A stretch of 64,000 nucleotides of DNA from Octopus vulgaris. Its lineage: Eukaryota. The notes beneath the pieces are model-generated. The model did not search any database. It was not told the DNA's origin and worked only from the letters and a program-made list of their open reading frames with translations. The stretch spans positions 81,096,001-81,160,000 of the forward strand of contig OX597827.1 of assembly GCA_951406725.2 (NCBI GenBank), given 5' to 3'. The first letter of the stretch is position 1. Each line of letters begins with the position of its first letter. Made by a program: the position numbers and the translations under genes. Of this stretch, positions 53,916-64,000 are shown one piece after another.

Positions 53916-55135
53916 CAGTGTGTCCCTAAAGTTTCAATTCTAATAACTTCCTTAATTTTACAAATGAATGCATGAAATTTTGAGACAATATAAAAGATGT
54001 AATGGAAATCAAGATGCATGAGTCAAACTTTGTAATACCATTTCATTACATATGAAAAGTGACTTCGCTTAAATGGCAGCCATTTTCAGCCTCGCACAAC
54101 TGTGCTCTTTCCAAAACTTCCACCATAACACTTTCAAGAGTTTCAGATCCCACTTCTCTGATTTGTTGATGTAAACCCTATCTTTCAGGCATCCCCACAA
54201 GAAAAAAACCTGAGCTAGTCAAGTCTGGGGAACATGAAAGCCAGTTGACATTTCTGTAGCGAGAGATTGGGGAAGCACTCCGTTGGTTATGACAACGAGG
54301 GTTCCGGTTGATCCGATCAACGGAACAGCCTGCTCGTGAAATTAACATGTAAGTGACTGAGCACTCCACAGACACATGTACCCTTAACGTAGTTCTCAGG
54401 GATATTCAGCATGGCACAGAGAGTGACAAGGCCGGCCCTTTGAAATACAGGTACAGCAGAAACAGGAAGTAAGAGTAAGAGAAAGATGTGGTGAAAGAGT
54501 ACAGCAGGGATCATCACCATCCCCTGCCGGAGCCTCGTGAAGCTTTTAGGTGTTTTCGCTCAATAAACACTCACAACGCCCGGTCTGGGAATTGAAACCG
54601 CGATCCTACGACCGCGAGTCCGCTGCCCTAACCACTGGGCCATTGCGCCTCCCAGCGAGAGATTATTCCTTCTCCAAAGCATTGCCATAGCAACTGCATC
54701 GTTTATGTTGCAGTATGAGCAGTTGCCCCATCTTGCTGGAACCATGTGTGAGGTCTACTTTGAATGGCCTTCACATTCCACAGACTTGACTAGCCCAGAT
54801 TTTTACCTGCAGGGATACCTGAAAGAGAGGGTTTACGTCAACAAATCAGAGACCCTGGTGCAACTGAAGGAGAACATCAATAGAGAAATCAGAGAAGTGG
54901 GGTCCGAAACTCTTGAGGGTCTTATGGTGCAAGTTTTGGAAAGAGCAACGGCGTGCAAAGCTGGAAATAACTGCCATTTAAGCAATGTCATTTTCCATAT
55001 GTGATGTTGTGGTGTTGCACAATTTGACTCCTGCATATTTATTTCCATAATGTCCTTTATATTGGAACAACATTTCATGCATTCATTTGTAAAGTTAAGG
55101 AAGTTATTAAAAATTGTAGCTTTAGGGACAGCCTG
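53916..55135. mobile_element. Fold-back Tc1/mariner (DD41D, rosa/Visitor-like) element made of two inverted 3' ends
   Basis: TA-CAGTGTGTCCCTAAAG...CTTTAGGGACAGCCTG-TA. The minus arm gives WFQQDGATAHTA...NWLSCSPDLTSS-FFLWGCLKDRVY and the plus arm gives WPSHSTDLTSPDFYLQGYLKERVY. There are 41 residues between the D2 and D3 positions. Confidence 0.88.
54269..54653 (-). mobile_element. SINE family C head with tail beta, young, nested in the mariner
   Basis: GGCGCAATGGCCCAGTGGTTAGGGCAGCGGACTCGCGGTCGTAGGATCGCGGTTTCAATTCCC. 11-bp TSD AGCGAGAGATT at 54258-54268 and 54654-54664. Confidence 0.92.
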
Positions 55136-55355
55136 TATGTATATATTTTACACTATCAGGACTTTAACCCACCTGGATTCACACAGGATTGAACCTAAGG
55201 ACTTACGGACTTATTTCTACAAGACTGGAAAGCTGAACGGTGAACTTTTATGCTTCTTTTTTCTTCTCTTCCTTCCTCTCCTTATTCCTTTACTCCTGTC
55301 CTCCTCTATGTCGTCATATCATTAATCTATAATACCCTTCTCATTTTCCCTATTT

Positions 55356-55411
55356 GTCTCTGATGATGGAATATCCCATACTCTGCGATATCCCTGAAAC
55401 AGCTGTAAGAC
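55356..55411 (+). ncRNA. Minimal type-I hammerhead ribozyme with palindromic stem III
   Basis: Stem I GTCT/AGAC; CTGATGA 55360-55366; stem II GGAATATC/GATATCCC; GAAA 55396-55399; ACAGCTGT palindrome; GUA cleavage triplet 55405-55407. Confidence 0.82.
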
Positions 55412-55966
55412 TCAGAATTTTTTTCCAATAATAATATTGTATGACTTGAGATGTTTGCCTTGATGTCTGTTGTCCTCTTCAATAATTATATATCTGCTAT
55501 ATCTGAAACCTTGCAATGGCTCCATAATGACCGTCTTGGCTAAAATCTTGGAGCCCTAATATTCCATTACAGCACTTACCTAGCGTATCTAATCGTTTAG
55601 GTCACCTGTGAACTGAACCCCCATACTTTGTGTATGCATATATATATATAGTTAGAATATGACTTTTTCTTAGCATTTAACCAAATGCTAAGAATTTCTA
55701 ATTAACTAGGAGATAGCACAGAAAACTATGTCCATTTTGAAAACAATTCTTTTTGAGCTTTACAACTTATGATCAATTTATTTGTATTATAATGTTTTTA
55801 AAAGAAATTTTTCAACATCTTTTAATATACAAAGAAATTTTTTATACATCCAATTCTTTCCATTTTGCTTCCTTCAATATCAATAATATATATAACTAGC
55901 AGTAATACCCATCGTTGATTGGTTAATTACTTCTACTCTTTTTCAGGAGCCACATTCAATGTGTTG

Positions 55967-56021
<55 letters not shown>

Positions 56022-56194
56022 CTCCTCCTTCTGTATGTGTGTATTTTATATGAAAAAAATAATATGTAATAATTGAAGTAGAAAAAGATCAATTTCATAC
56101 ATGGACTTCTGTTTGTTTATTATATGACAATAATAAGTGAGTTGTATGTGTTATTTTATATATCAAATACAGTAACGGCAATTATATAATACAT

Positions 56195-56312
56195 AAGGCT
56201 TTGGTCGGCACAGAGCCATAATGAAAGAGAACTGCACAATGTGCCACACAGTGGGACTGAACCCAAGGTGACATGGTTGGAAAGCAAGCTTCTCAACCAC
56301 ACAGTCACGCCT
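56195..56312 (-). mobile_element. SINE family A head fragment
   Basis: aaggctttggtcggc...gtgccacacagtgggactgaaccc...accacacagtcacgcct. Confidence 0.7.
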
Positions 56313-56374
56313 ATAAAGGAGAGATATATATTTTGGATGATATATTCCTTGATACAATATGCTTAACAAAAAGA

Positions 56375-56612
56375 TGGAGTGGTTACGGAGAGAAGACCTT
56401 TGATTTTAATATTTATTTGAGCAACGCAAAAGGTAATGGCGGACTTCTGCTGACTCTTTTGCCACAACTTTCTCTCACTCTTTCTTCCTGCATCTTGCAG
56501 CTCACCTGTGATGGACTGGCATCCCATCCAGGTGGGGAACCTATATGCCATTGAAATTGGGGAACTGGCCCTTATGAGCCAGGCATGGCTTGAGAAGGAA
56601 CAAACAACAACA
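56375..56612 (+). mobile_element. SINE family C body with tail gamma
   Basis: ctgctgactcttttgccacaactttctctcactctttcttc (family C body), then cctgtgatggactggcatcccatccagg...aacaacaa. Confidence 0.7.
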
Positions 56613-57022
56613 ATTCAAGGAGCCTGATTAATGTTTGTTGCAAATTTGGAGGAAAGTGACTGGATACTGGGTTAACACTGTGAAAATGCTTAGAAAATGC
56701 AGTTAATCTGCCCCTGGGCCTGCATTAGGCAAGAAGTTAAAAATTTGTTTTGCTCATGACACTCCATGGACCTTATGTAATGCATGTGTAAAATTTCATT
56801 CAAATTGATTGGGTGGATCTCGCGTTTTAACAACATGGCAAACACACAGACAGACACACATCCTGTGTTTTATATATATAGATTAGAATAATCCCCAACA
56901 TATACAAGTGACTTTCGCATAATATGATAGAGATTAGAGATTAGCTGGTGGAATTTCTTGGAGTATATAATCCCTAATGAAATTATAACACCCTTGAATT
57001 GATTGTATATACATATACAAAC

Positions 57023-57063
<41 letters not shown>

Positions 57064-57087
57064 CACACACACATATAGAAATAGATA

Positions 57088-57126
<39 letters not shown>

Positions 57127-57237
57127 AGAGACAGAGGGGGGGAGCATCAAACTAATACACTTCATGTGCACGTCCTTGTTTGTTATTGTTATTTTAATGT
57201 TCATTTGACTATAAACATACACATATATCTATATCTA

Positions 57238-57272
<35 letters not shown>

Positions 57273-57317
57273 ATATCTGTGCATGTATCTATCTATACAC
57301 GTATGTATATATATATA

Positions 57318-57706
57318 CTAGAAGTATCGCCCGGCGTTGCTCGGGTTTGTAAGGGAAATAACTATAAAGCATTTTTAGAGAGTTATAGCCAAAAAATAGC
57401 AAAAAATGCATTAAAAATGGAAAAAAATTATGGTAAATTTTTTTAAAAATCGTTGACTCATCGTAGACATTTTTAGAGAGTTACTTCCCTTATATTTAAA
57501 AAAATATGCATTAAAATGGAAAAAATGATGGTAAATTATTTTTTAAATCGTAGACTCATCGTAGACGCGTGCTAATACCCAGAAGGGCTCGATATGAATC
57601 ACGACTATAAGATACCCGGTTTTGGTTAAACCACACTGCAAAATGTGGGAGTAGTTAGGAATCTAAATCGGAGTAGACAGACACACAACCTTTCTTTTAT
57701 ATATAA

Positions 57707-57709
<3 letters not shown>
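57318..57709 (-). mobile_element. Complete non-autonomous Helitron
   Basis: Minus strand: A|TCTTTATATATAAAAG...CCCGAGCAACGCCGGG hairpin...CTAG|T. No TSD; internal tandem duplication of about 100 bp. Confidence 0.88.
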
Positions 57710-57743
<34 letters not shown>

Positions 57744-57809
57744 TATATGTATGTATGTATGTATGCATCTATCTATACACGTATGTATATGTGTGAACGT
57801 ATATCATTA

Positions 57810-58407
57810 TGATGTGGTTGTTTTCCCCATCTATGATGGTGTGGTCAGTGTTGTGGCTGTAGCTGTTGTATCTCCTCCAGTAGCCATGATGTTTCCTTGG
57901 TATCGGATACGGTGTATCTCTCTTCTATACTGGAATGGTAAGACGCCACTTCATCTATCGTGCTATCGCTAGTAGCTCTGCAAGACACGGACTTTGAACC
58001 GCTTACCTTGACTGTGACTCGAACTCAAGTAACTGACACTAAACTGAGAAGTCGTACAATGACTCTATGACTCTACAACGACTGACACACGACTCTCCAG
58101 ATTGGTTGACATTGTCTCACTTTATATTGTCCCAAGAGAGATGTGTACCATTTCCACTACAACATATATCTTATAGTGGAAATGGTACACATCTGTCTTG
58201 GGACACAGTGTGTATGATGTTATTCTAATCAGATTTACATTAGGTATTTATAGGCAGGCCTGGTGTTATGGAAACATTGCAGTCCTAAACATCTTCCCAC
58301 AACACATCACTTCTGTAATGTAAGAGATGCCTCTAGAGAGATAGCCTACTGTCAGGGGTGAGCAAACGAGTCCTGACTATGGCTTTAACTGTAGCCAGAA
58401 CTCACCA
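57810..58407 (-). mobile_element. Putative solo-LTR-like repeat
   Basis: TG...CA ends and TATAAA on the minus strand at 58121-58126. It shares blocks with 51600-51680 (atcagatttacatta.gtatttatag.ca.gcctggt.ttatggaaacattgcagt) and 52463-52510 (aggggtga..aaa.gagtcctga.tatggc). No TSD was found. Confidence 0.45.
58128..58205. repeat. Near-perfect 78-nt palindrome/hairpin
   Basis: TGTCCCAAGAGAGATGTGTACCATTTCCACTA versus TAGTGGAAATGGTACACATCTGTCTTGGGACA gives 31 of 32 pairs. Confidence 0.95.
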
Positions 58408-58459
58408 ATAATTAACTCATTTACTTGGCGAAGAACAGCTCAGGAGGTCTATTTTTTAC

Positions 58460-58785
58460 TGCAGTGGCATGTAAGAAGCACCATTCGAATGTGACCAATG
58501 CCAGTGCCCCCTGACTGGCTCCCGTGTTGGTGGTACGTAAATAGCACTATCTGAACATGATTGATGCCACGCCTGCCTGACTGGCCCCTGTGCTGGTGGC
58601 ACATAAAAAGCACCCAGTACACTCTCAGAGTGGTTGGCATTAGGAAGGGCATCCAGCTGTAGAAACATTGCCAGATCAGATTGGAGCTTGGTGCAGCCAC
58701 TGGCTCTCCAGACCTCAGTCAAACCATCCAACCCATGCCAGCATGAAAAACGGATGTTAAACGATGATGATGATGATGATAATGA
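58460..58785 (+). mobile_element. RTE 3' UTR with 3 stem-loop units and (GAT)n tail
   Basis: Homologous to 14000-14335. Confidence 0.88.
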
Positions 58786-58849
58786 TTTAAATATATGTTT
58801 ATGTAATGTATAAACTGTAACCTTGGGAAAACGAGTACTTAACACTGAA

Positions 58850-59510
58850 AAGGTGGATAAACCTTTTTTAATACAACTCTTGTTACTTTTCTGGTGTCAA
58901 GGGTTTTCTTATTATAAAGATCAGCATTTTTCAACCAGAATTGAAAAGGTGAATGATATTCTGTTATTAAAGCTGATGAAGGCATTTGTAAGTTTTTTTA
59001 GTGAATTGTCTATTTCTGGAATATCACTTCTGTATACCAGCTCGTTCTTGAGGCATTTGTTGTTTAAAGGAACAATACTCAGGAGATCTGCAGTAATATA
59101 ATTGCTGTGAGATGGACTTCTACTCATACATTAATTGTGGCTAAATATCTGTGAACCTATATTGGTGAGGCAACTATAACTGTTATAGGGTTTTTACTGA
59201 ATAGTTTGTGCTGTGTGATTGAGAGACATGAGTATTGCTTTGGGTGATAAATAGTTCAACTGTGTTTGTTGCTACATTCATGCTATATGTTGGGTTGAAC
59301 CACAAGATTTTTCCACATCCATGTCTTATAAATCCTAGTCAGAGGTGTGAGTTTGATGTAGGTGATATCTTTTAAAATCAGATCTTATCGGTGCATTAAT
59401 ATTCTAAAGGGTGTCTCAGATGAAAAGATAATTTAGGAATATGTCTACTTATACTCTTGATAACTTTTTCTATATTGATAGTTTCTTTGTTGAGCTTGTG
59501 GAAAAAGCAG
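58850..59510 (-). mobile_element. Penelope-like (Naiad-type) thumb-linker-endonuclease fragment
   Basis: The minus strand gives KSISRHI, KILWFNPTYSMNVATN, HKLFSKNPITV-YSCLTNIGSQIFSHN and YCRSPEYC-PLNNKCLKNELVYR (cf. CNCR....CPL.G.CL...IVY). Confidence 0.82.
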
Positions 59511-59639
59511 CATTTATATTAAGAAACTTCCACACTAACACATGTATGCGTGTTTATCTCTATATATATTTGTTAACATGTGTGTGCTTATGTGTGTGTT
59601 AAAGTACAGACACAATGTTTATGAGATGAAAATTGTAAC

Positions 59640-60500
59640 CACTTCTATAACAGATGTATATTTCATGTGACTGTGAAAGTGATGTGAGGGACAATGAGGA
59701 ACCTTTAGCTGGAACTGGGAAACCCACAAGGGAAATGGCTACCTCACAACAATATCAAATATGGCTCAAATATGAAGAATATAGTATATTGAAAAGGTGG
59801 AGTGTTTGACTCAGGCATCAGGGTTAGGAAACCACTGTACGTTGGTATCATGGGAGGTGGCTGAATAAAGGAAAATATGGGAAATATTACAGCAAAAAGT
59901 ATCATCCAGGTTGTGGTTCCTCCAAAGAATGGTTTAAGATGTTCTTCGATTCCTAACCAAAATGAGGGTGTGGGGTGGAGTGACTTGGCTGATTCTCATT
60001 GGTACAGAGATTTGGGATCATTGGATCATGTTCTGGTGCCATGTCAGTGATATCTTGTGGGGTGTGTCCTGGTGCCATAACCAAACCTTAATGTTGCATT
60101 ATGGGAAAAAACAGTAGAGAAATATCATTGCAATGGGAAGCAACACCAAGTTGTACCTTGTTACATTGTGTAAGGGGGAGGGGATAAGAAGGGATGACAG
60201 AAAAGGGTGCAGGAAGAGAAACTGAACCCCAGATTTCTGTATAATGTTAATGACTGGGAAAATGAGTGGATTGGAGGAGAGGGATTATCAGCGATGCATC
60301 TGTAACTTTGTCTTTTTTCTATGTGGGTGGGCGTCAGCCTGATGCAAACTCATTTTTACCCCTGGGAAGAGGTGGTCTGTATTAGTCTGGCCCCACTCTT
60401 TTGACCTGTCCTGCAAAGGAGACCCTTATGGTGGTTTGCATTTTGCTGGTTTGGCTCTCAGTAGCAGTGAAGCATACAAACCACCCCAGCACAACAAAAA
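59640..60500 (-). mobile_element. Decayed 5' end of an RTE-like LINE (leader plus possible APE remnant)
   Basis: The minus-strand leader gagagcc...agggtctcc...caggtcaaaagagtggggccagacta...tcaggctgacgcccaccc resembles RTE/Expander 5' leaders from recall. A weak EHDPMI motif resembles SDH.P. Confidence 0.45.
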
Positions 60501-60618
60501 TTGGCCTCGTGGTGGTCTGCAGTGAAAGGTGTATACACAATATAGGGAAACAAGAATCATACAGACAGCTACAGAAACGTTATATTGTTATATATAAACG
60601 GTGTGTGTATATATATAT

Positions 60619-61122
60619 TATCATCATCATCCTCATCATTAAATGTCCGTTTTCCATGCTGGCATGGGTTAGACAGTTCGACTGGGGTCTGGGAAGCCAG
60701 GAGGCTGCACCAGGCTCCAACATGATCTGGCAGTGTTTCTACAGCTGGATGCCCTTCCTAATGCCAACCACTCTGAGAGTGTAGTAGGTGCTTTTTACAT
60801 GCCACCGGCATAGGGGCCAGAGGAGCTGGCATCAATCAAAGCAGCACTGCCATCAGCCATGTTCAGATGGTGCTTTTTACATGCCACTACCATGGGGGTC
60901 ACAACTACAATTTCCATTTGATTTTGATTTTGATGTACTTGACTGAATAGGTTTCCTCAAGCACGACATGTCACCCTACAATCCAAGGTACTTTTGAGTG
61001 GGCTGGTTATGTGACACTGGTGTAGGTTACAGCTCTGGACTCACTTTATTTGCTGAGTATTCTCAGTCACAGCATACCTCCAGAGGTCTCGGCATTTTGT
61101 CATTGCCTCTGTGAAGCCCAAC
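60619..61122 (-). mobile_element. RTE 3' end (last codons plus 3' UTR)
   Basis: Reverse complement of 13580-14335, including ctcagtcacagcata..tccagaggtctcgg...ctgtgaagcccaac. Confidence 0.85.
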
Positions 61123-61340
61123 ATTATATATATATACATATATACACATATACAAAAAGGGAGGGAGAGAGAGAGAAACAGAGCTTATACATGTGTATGC
61201 GTGTATATATATATATACACACATGCATACATATACATAGTTACATTGAGTTCTATATATTGGTACATATATATGCATATGGAAACCATAAAGATTTATA
61301 TATATATAGTTATGTATACTTAGCTTGGCATGCACATGTG

Positions 61341-61492
61341 TAGGTACACACACAACCTGGTATGCACACAACTAGGTATCCATACAACCAGGTAGTCACA
61401 CAATAAGGAATACACACAACAAGGTACAAACACAGCTAGGTTGACACTCAAATAGGTGCACATGCAACTAGGTACATACAACTTGGTACACA
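61341..61492. repeat. Degenerate 16-bp minisatellite (TAGGTACACACACAAC), about 9 units
   Basis: Direct inspection. Confidence 0.8.
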
Positions 61493-61616
61493 AACATATA
61501 TGGAACTGTCACACAACTGGATCAATTCTCCATGGAAAAAAACTATTCTGAGAAAAATATAAACACACACACACATTTCGTTATGCACACGCATACACGT
61601 GCTCATAAGCATGTTC

Positions 61617-61650
<34 letters not shown>

Positions 61651-61906
61651 CCATACATCATGCTAACAAAAAAATATCGTTATTTTTTGCATGCATAAAC
61701 ACATGCATAGGCAGCTACTGCAATGCTTTATCTGTTGTGTGTGCATGAACATGCTCACGTGCATGCATGTATCTATGTGTGTGTGCATGTGTATGAGTAT
61801 GTGTATGCGTGTGTATACATACATACATACACATACACACAGAAAACACATACGTAGATATTTGCACATGCACAGACACACACAAAGAAATATGTGTATA
61901 AATATG

Positions 61907-61967
<61 letters not shown>

Positions 61968-62572
61968 ATGATACATATATATTTATATATGTATATGTGT
62001 GTGTGTATACATACATTTCTGTGTATATATACATATATTAAATATGATAAATATATATACATATATATATGCACACACACATGCATAAGTATAAAAAAAT
62101 GAGAAATATATGTGTGTGTATATACAGTATATGTGTGATTGCACACATACACAATGGCAATATACACACACACACAGAAACACAGGCACATCCTAACAAA
62201 CACATACACATACACACACACACAGCACACAGATGAACCAAAGAATATATTAGCCAGCTTTATCAGTGAAATATTTTCTACCTATTGAAAGGGGACAGGG
62301 AGTGGGGACGGAGTGACATGTCCCCTGAATTTTTTTCAGAGATTTTTCTCTTTTTTCAAAGCTGTCAATAGCAAAGGGGAAAAAAAATGTGTAATGGAGG
62401 CAAGCCTGACTACAAAGGGAAACTTTCTCTCACACTCCTCATCCTCCACCTCACACACTTTCTCTTTCCCAAACCTCTATCTCTCTCCCTCTCTCTTTCT
62501 CACTAGCTCTCCTCCTCTCTTTCTCTCTCTCATTTCTTTACATTCAGTGCACACACTTTATACATACATATG

Positions 62573-62611
<39 letters not shown>

Positions 62612-63047
62612 GAATGTATACATAGATATAGGAAGATTATTTTATTTTATATTCTTATATAATATACATTAAAGCCCAAAATATGTGTATATACACATAT
62701 GCACACATGCACATATATATATACACACACATATATATGTGTGCATGTGTGTCTATGTATGTGTGTATATATGTGTGAGTGTGTGTTCACATAAATTCAT
62801 ATCACATATACATATAATTCTTCATATATTCCTTGTATTCTTGGATATATCCATATAGAAATATATGCACACAAACATGTACACGTGTGTATATATGTAC
62901 ATCTCTCTATCTGCATATATATAGATAGTTGTGTATGTGTGTGTGTGAGTGTGTGTGTGTATGCATCCATGCACAATGTGTTCTGGAAGAGAAAATGTAA
63001 AATGAAGATCTTATTTTCTCTCTAAGAATTCAATTATATGTCATTCT

Positions 63048-63098
<51 letters not shown>

Positions 63099-63306
63099 GC
63101 ACTGAACCAATCATATACAAACTATAGACTTACATATACACTCAGCCAATGCTTCATACCATATACATATGTATACCTGTGTATATGATGATGATGATGA
63201 TGATGATGATGGTGGTGAACGAAATTCAAACTCACAAATTATGTATTGATATATGTATATTCATATATATCCTCCTCCTCCTCTTCTTCTTCTTCCTCCT
63301 CCTCCT

Positions 63307-63495
63307 CATCATGTAATGCCCTCCTCCCATGCTGGCATCGGTTGCTTGTTTTGACAGGTTCTGGTAAACTAGAGGACTGTGTCAAGATCCATTGTCTCAG
63401 TTTCGGCAGGATTTTTAAGGCTGGTTCTTCTTCCTAACACCAACCACTTCACAGAGTGTATTGAGTCCTTCTTTCATGCCACCGGCACTAGTGTG
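63307..63495 (-). mobile_element. RTE 3' tail fragment
   Basis: ccatgctggcatcggttg...cttcctaacaccaaccacttcacagagtgtattg...atgccaccggcac. Confidence 0.65.
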
Positions 63496-64000
63496 TTTGT
63501 CATGCAATTTACCATTCTTTCAATTTATGGAGAAATATCTAAATTAGCTCAGCTTATCTCTCTACTCTATAGGTTACAGATATATGTATATCATACATAA
63601 TATATGGACTGAGATCCCCATTTACAGGCTCTGGATATTAAATAAAGTGGTAACACATTATGCAAATTAGTAGCCCCAGTTTTCTGTCGCTACAGGAATT
63701 GTTGAGAATATTAACAAATTGGTTGCTCTCTGAGGAGAATCCCATAAGGTTCAGAAATTGATTAAGACTGTTCAACATCCCCTGTTTTTTTTTCAATCTA
63801 CAGAGAAATAAGATCAAATTTGCACCATTACATATATCTACTTTATAAATAAGACTCAACTATAGGAAACAACTCAGTCTTATGATTAATAGTGTAAAAC
63901 TGAGTAATACCATCTGGTTGGTAACTGATGAAGAATTAGGGATCTTCTGCTTTTGTTTTCTGTCCATCTGTGCATTCAATATATGTTTTTCCATTCATCT

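Larger units (their letters stand above)
55896..56882 (-). mobile_element. Old non-autonomous Helitron with nested SINEs
   Basis: The minus strand starts TCTATATATATAAAAC and ends ...gggtattactgCTAG. The termini resemble 57318-57709. Confidence 0.6.

Noticed and set aside
54580-54653. tRNA-like sequence on the minus strand (also the heads at 17565 and 48107)
   Set aside because: These are SINE heads continuing into SINE bodies, with a TSD at this locus. There is no proper acceptor stem or terminator.

Overview
This window is eukaryotic, AT-rich, repeat-saturated non-coding DNA. It is most likely intergenic or intronic sequence from an octopus (coleoid cephalopod) genome, inferred from my recall of the SINE, RTE and microsatellite landscape rather than a database search. 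I can support no intact host protein-coding gene, rRNA, tRNA gene or CRISPR array. Nearly all ORFs in the track are translations of (AT)n/(AC)n/(ATGT)n/(GAT)n microsatellites or of repeats. The supportable content is: (1) several tRNA-derived SINE families, about 25 copies, some with clear target-site duplications (TSDs) and with heads and tails shuffled between families; (2) RTE-clade LINE fragments and many RTE 3' tails carrying a variable-copy stem-loop array; (3) a CR1/Jockey-like RT fragment; (4) decayed Penelope-like elements (PLEs), mostly with Naiad-type motifs; (5) Tc1/mariner relics, including a fold-back DD41D element built from two inverted 3' ends; (6) non-autonomous Helitrons. 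The most interesting signal is a set of minimal type-I hammerhead ribozyme (HHR) motifs: two with intact cores at about 53541-53626 and 55356-55411, plus decayed or half copies, some inside long fold-back palindromes. There is also a near-perfect 78-nt hairpin at 58128-58205. These fit known PLE/HHR biology rather than a proven new system. All structure and family calls were made by eye, need computational confirmation, and have approximate boundaries where decayed.
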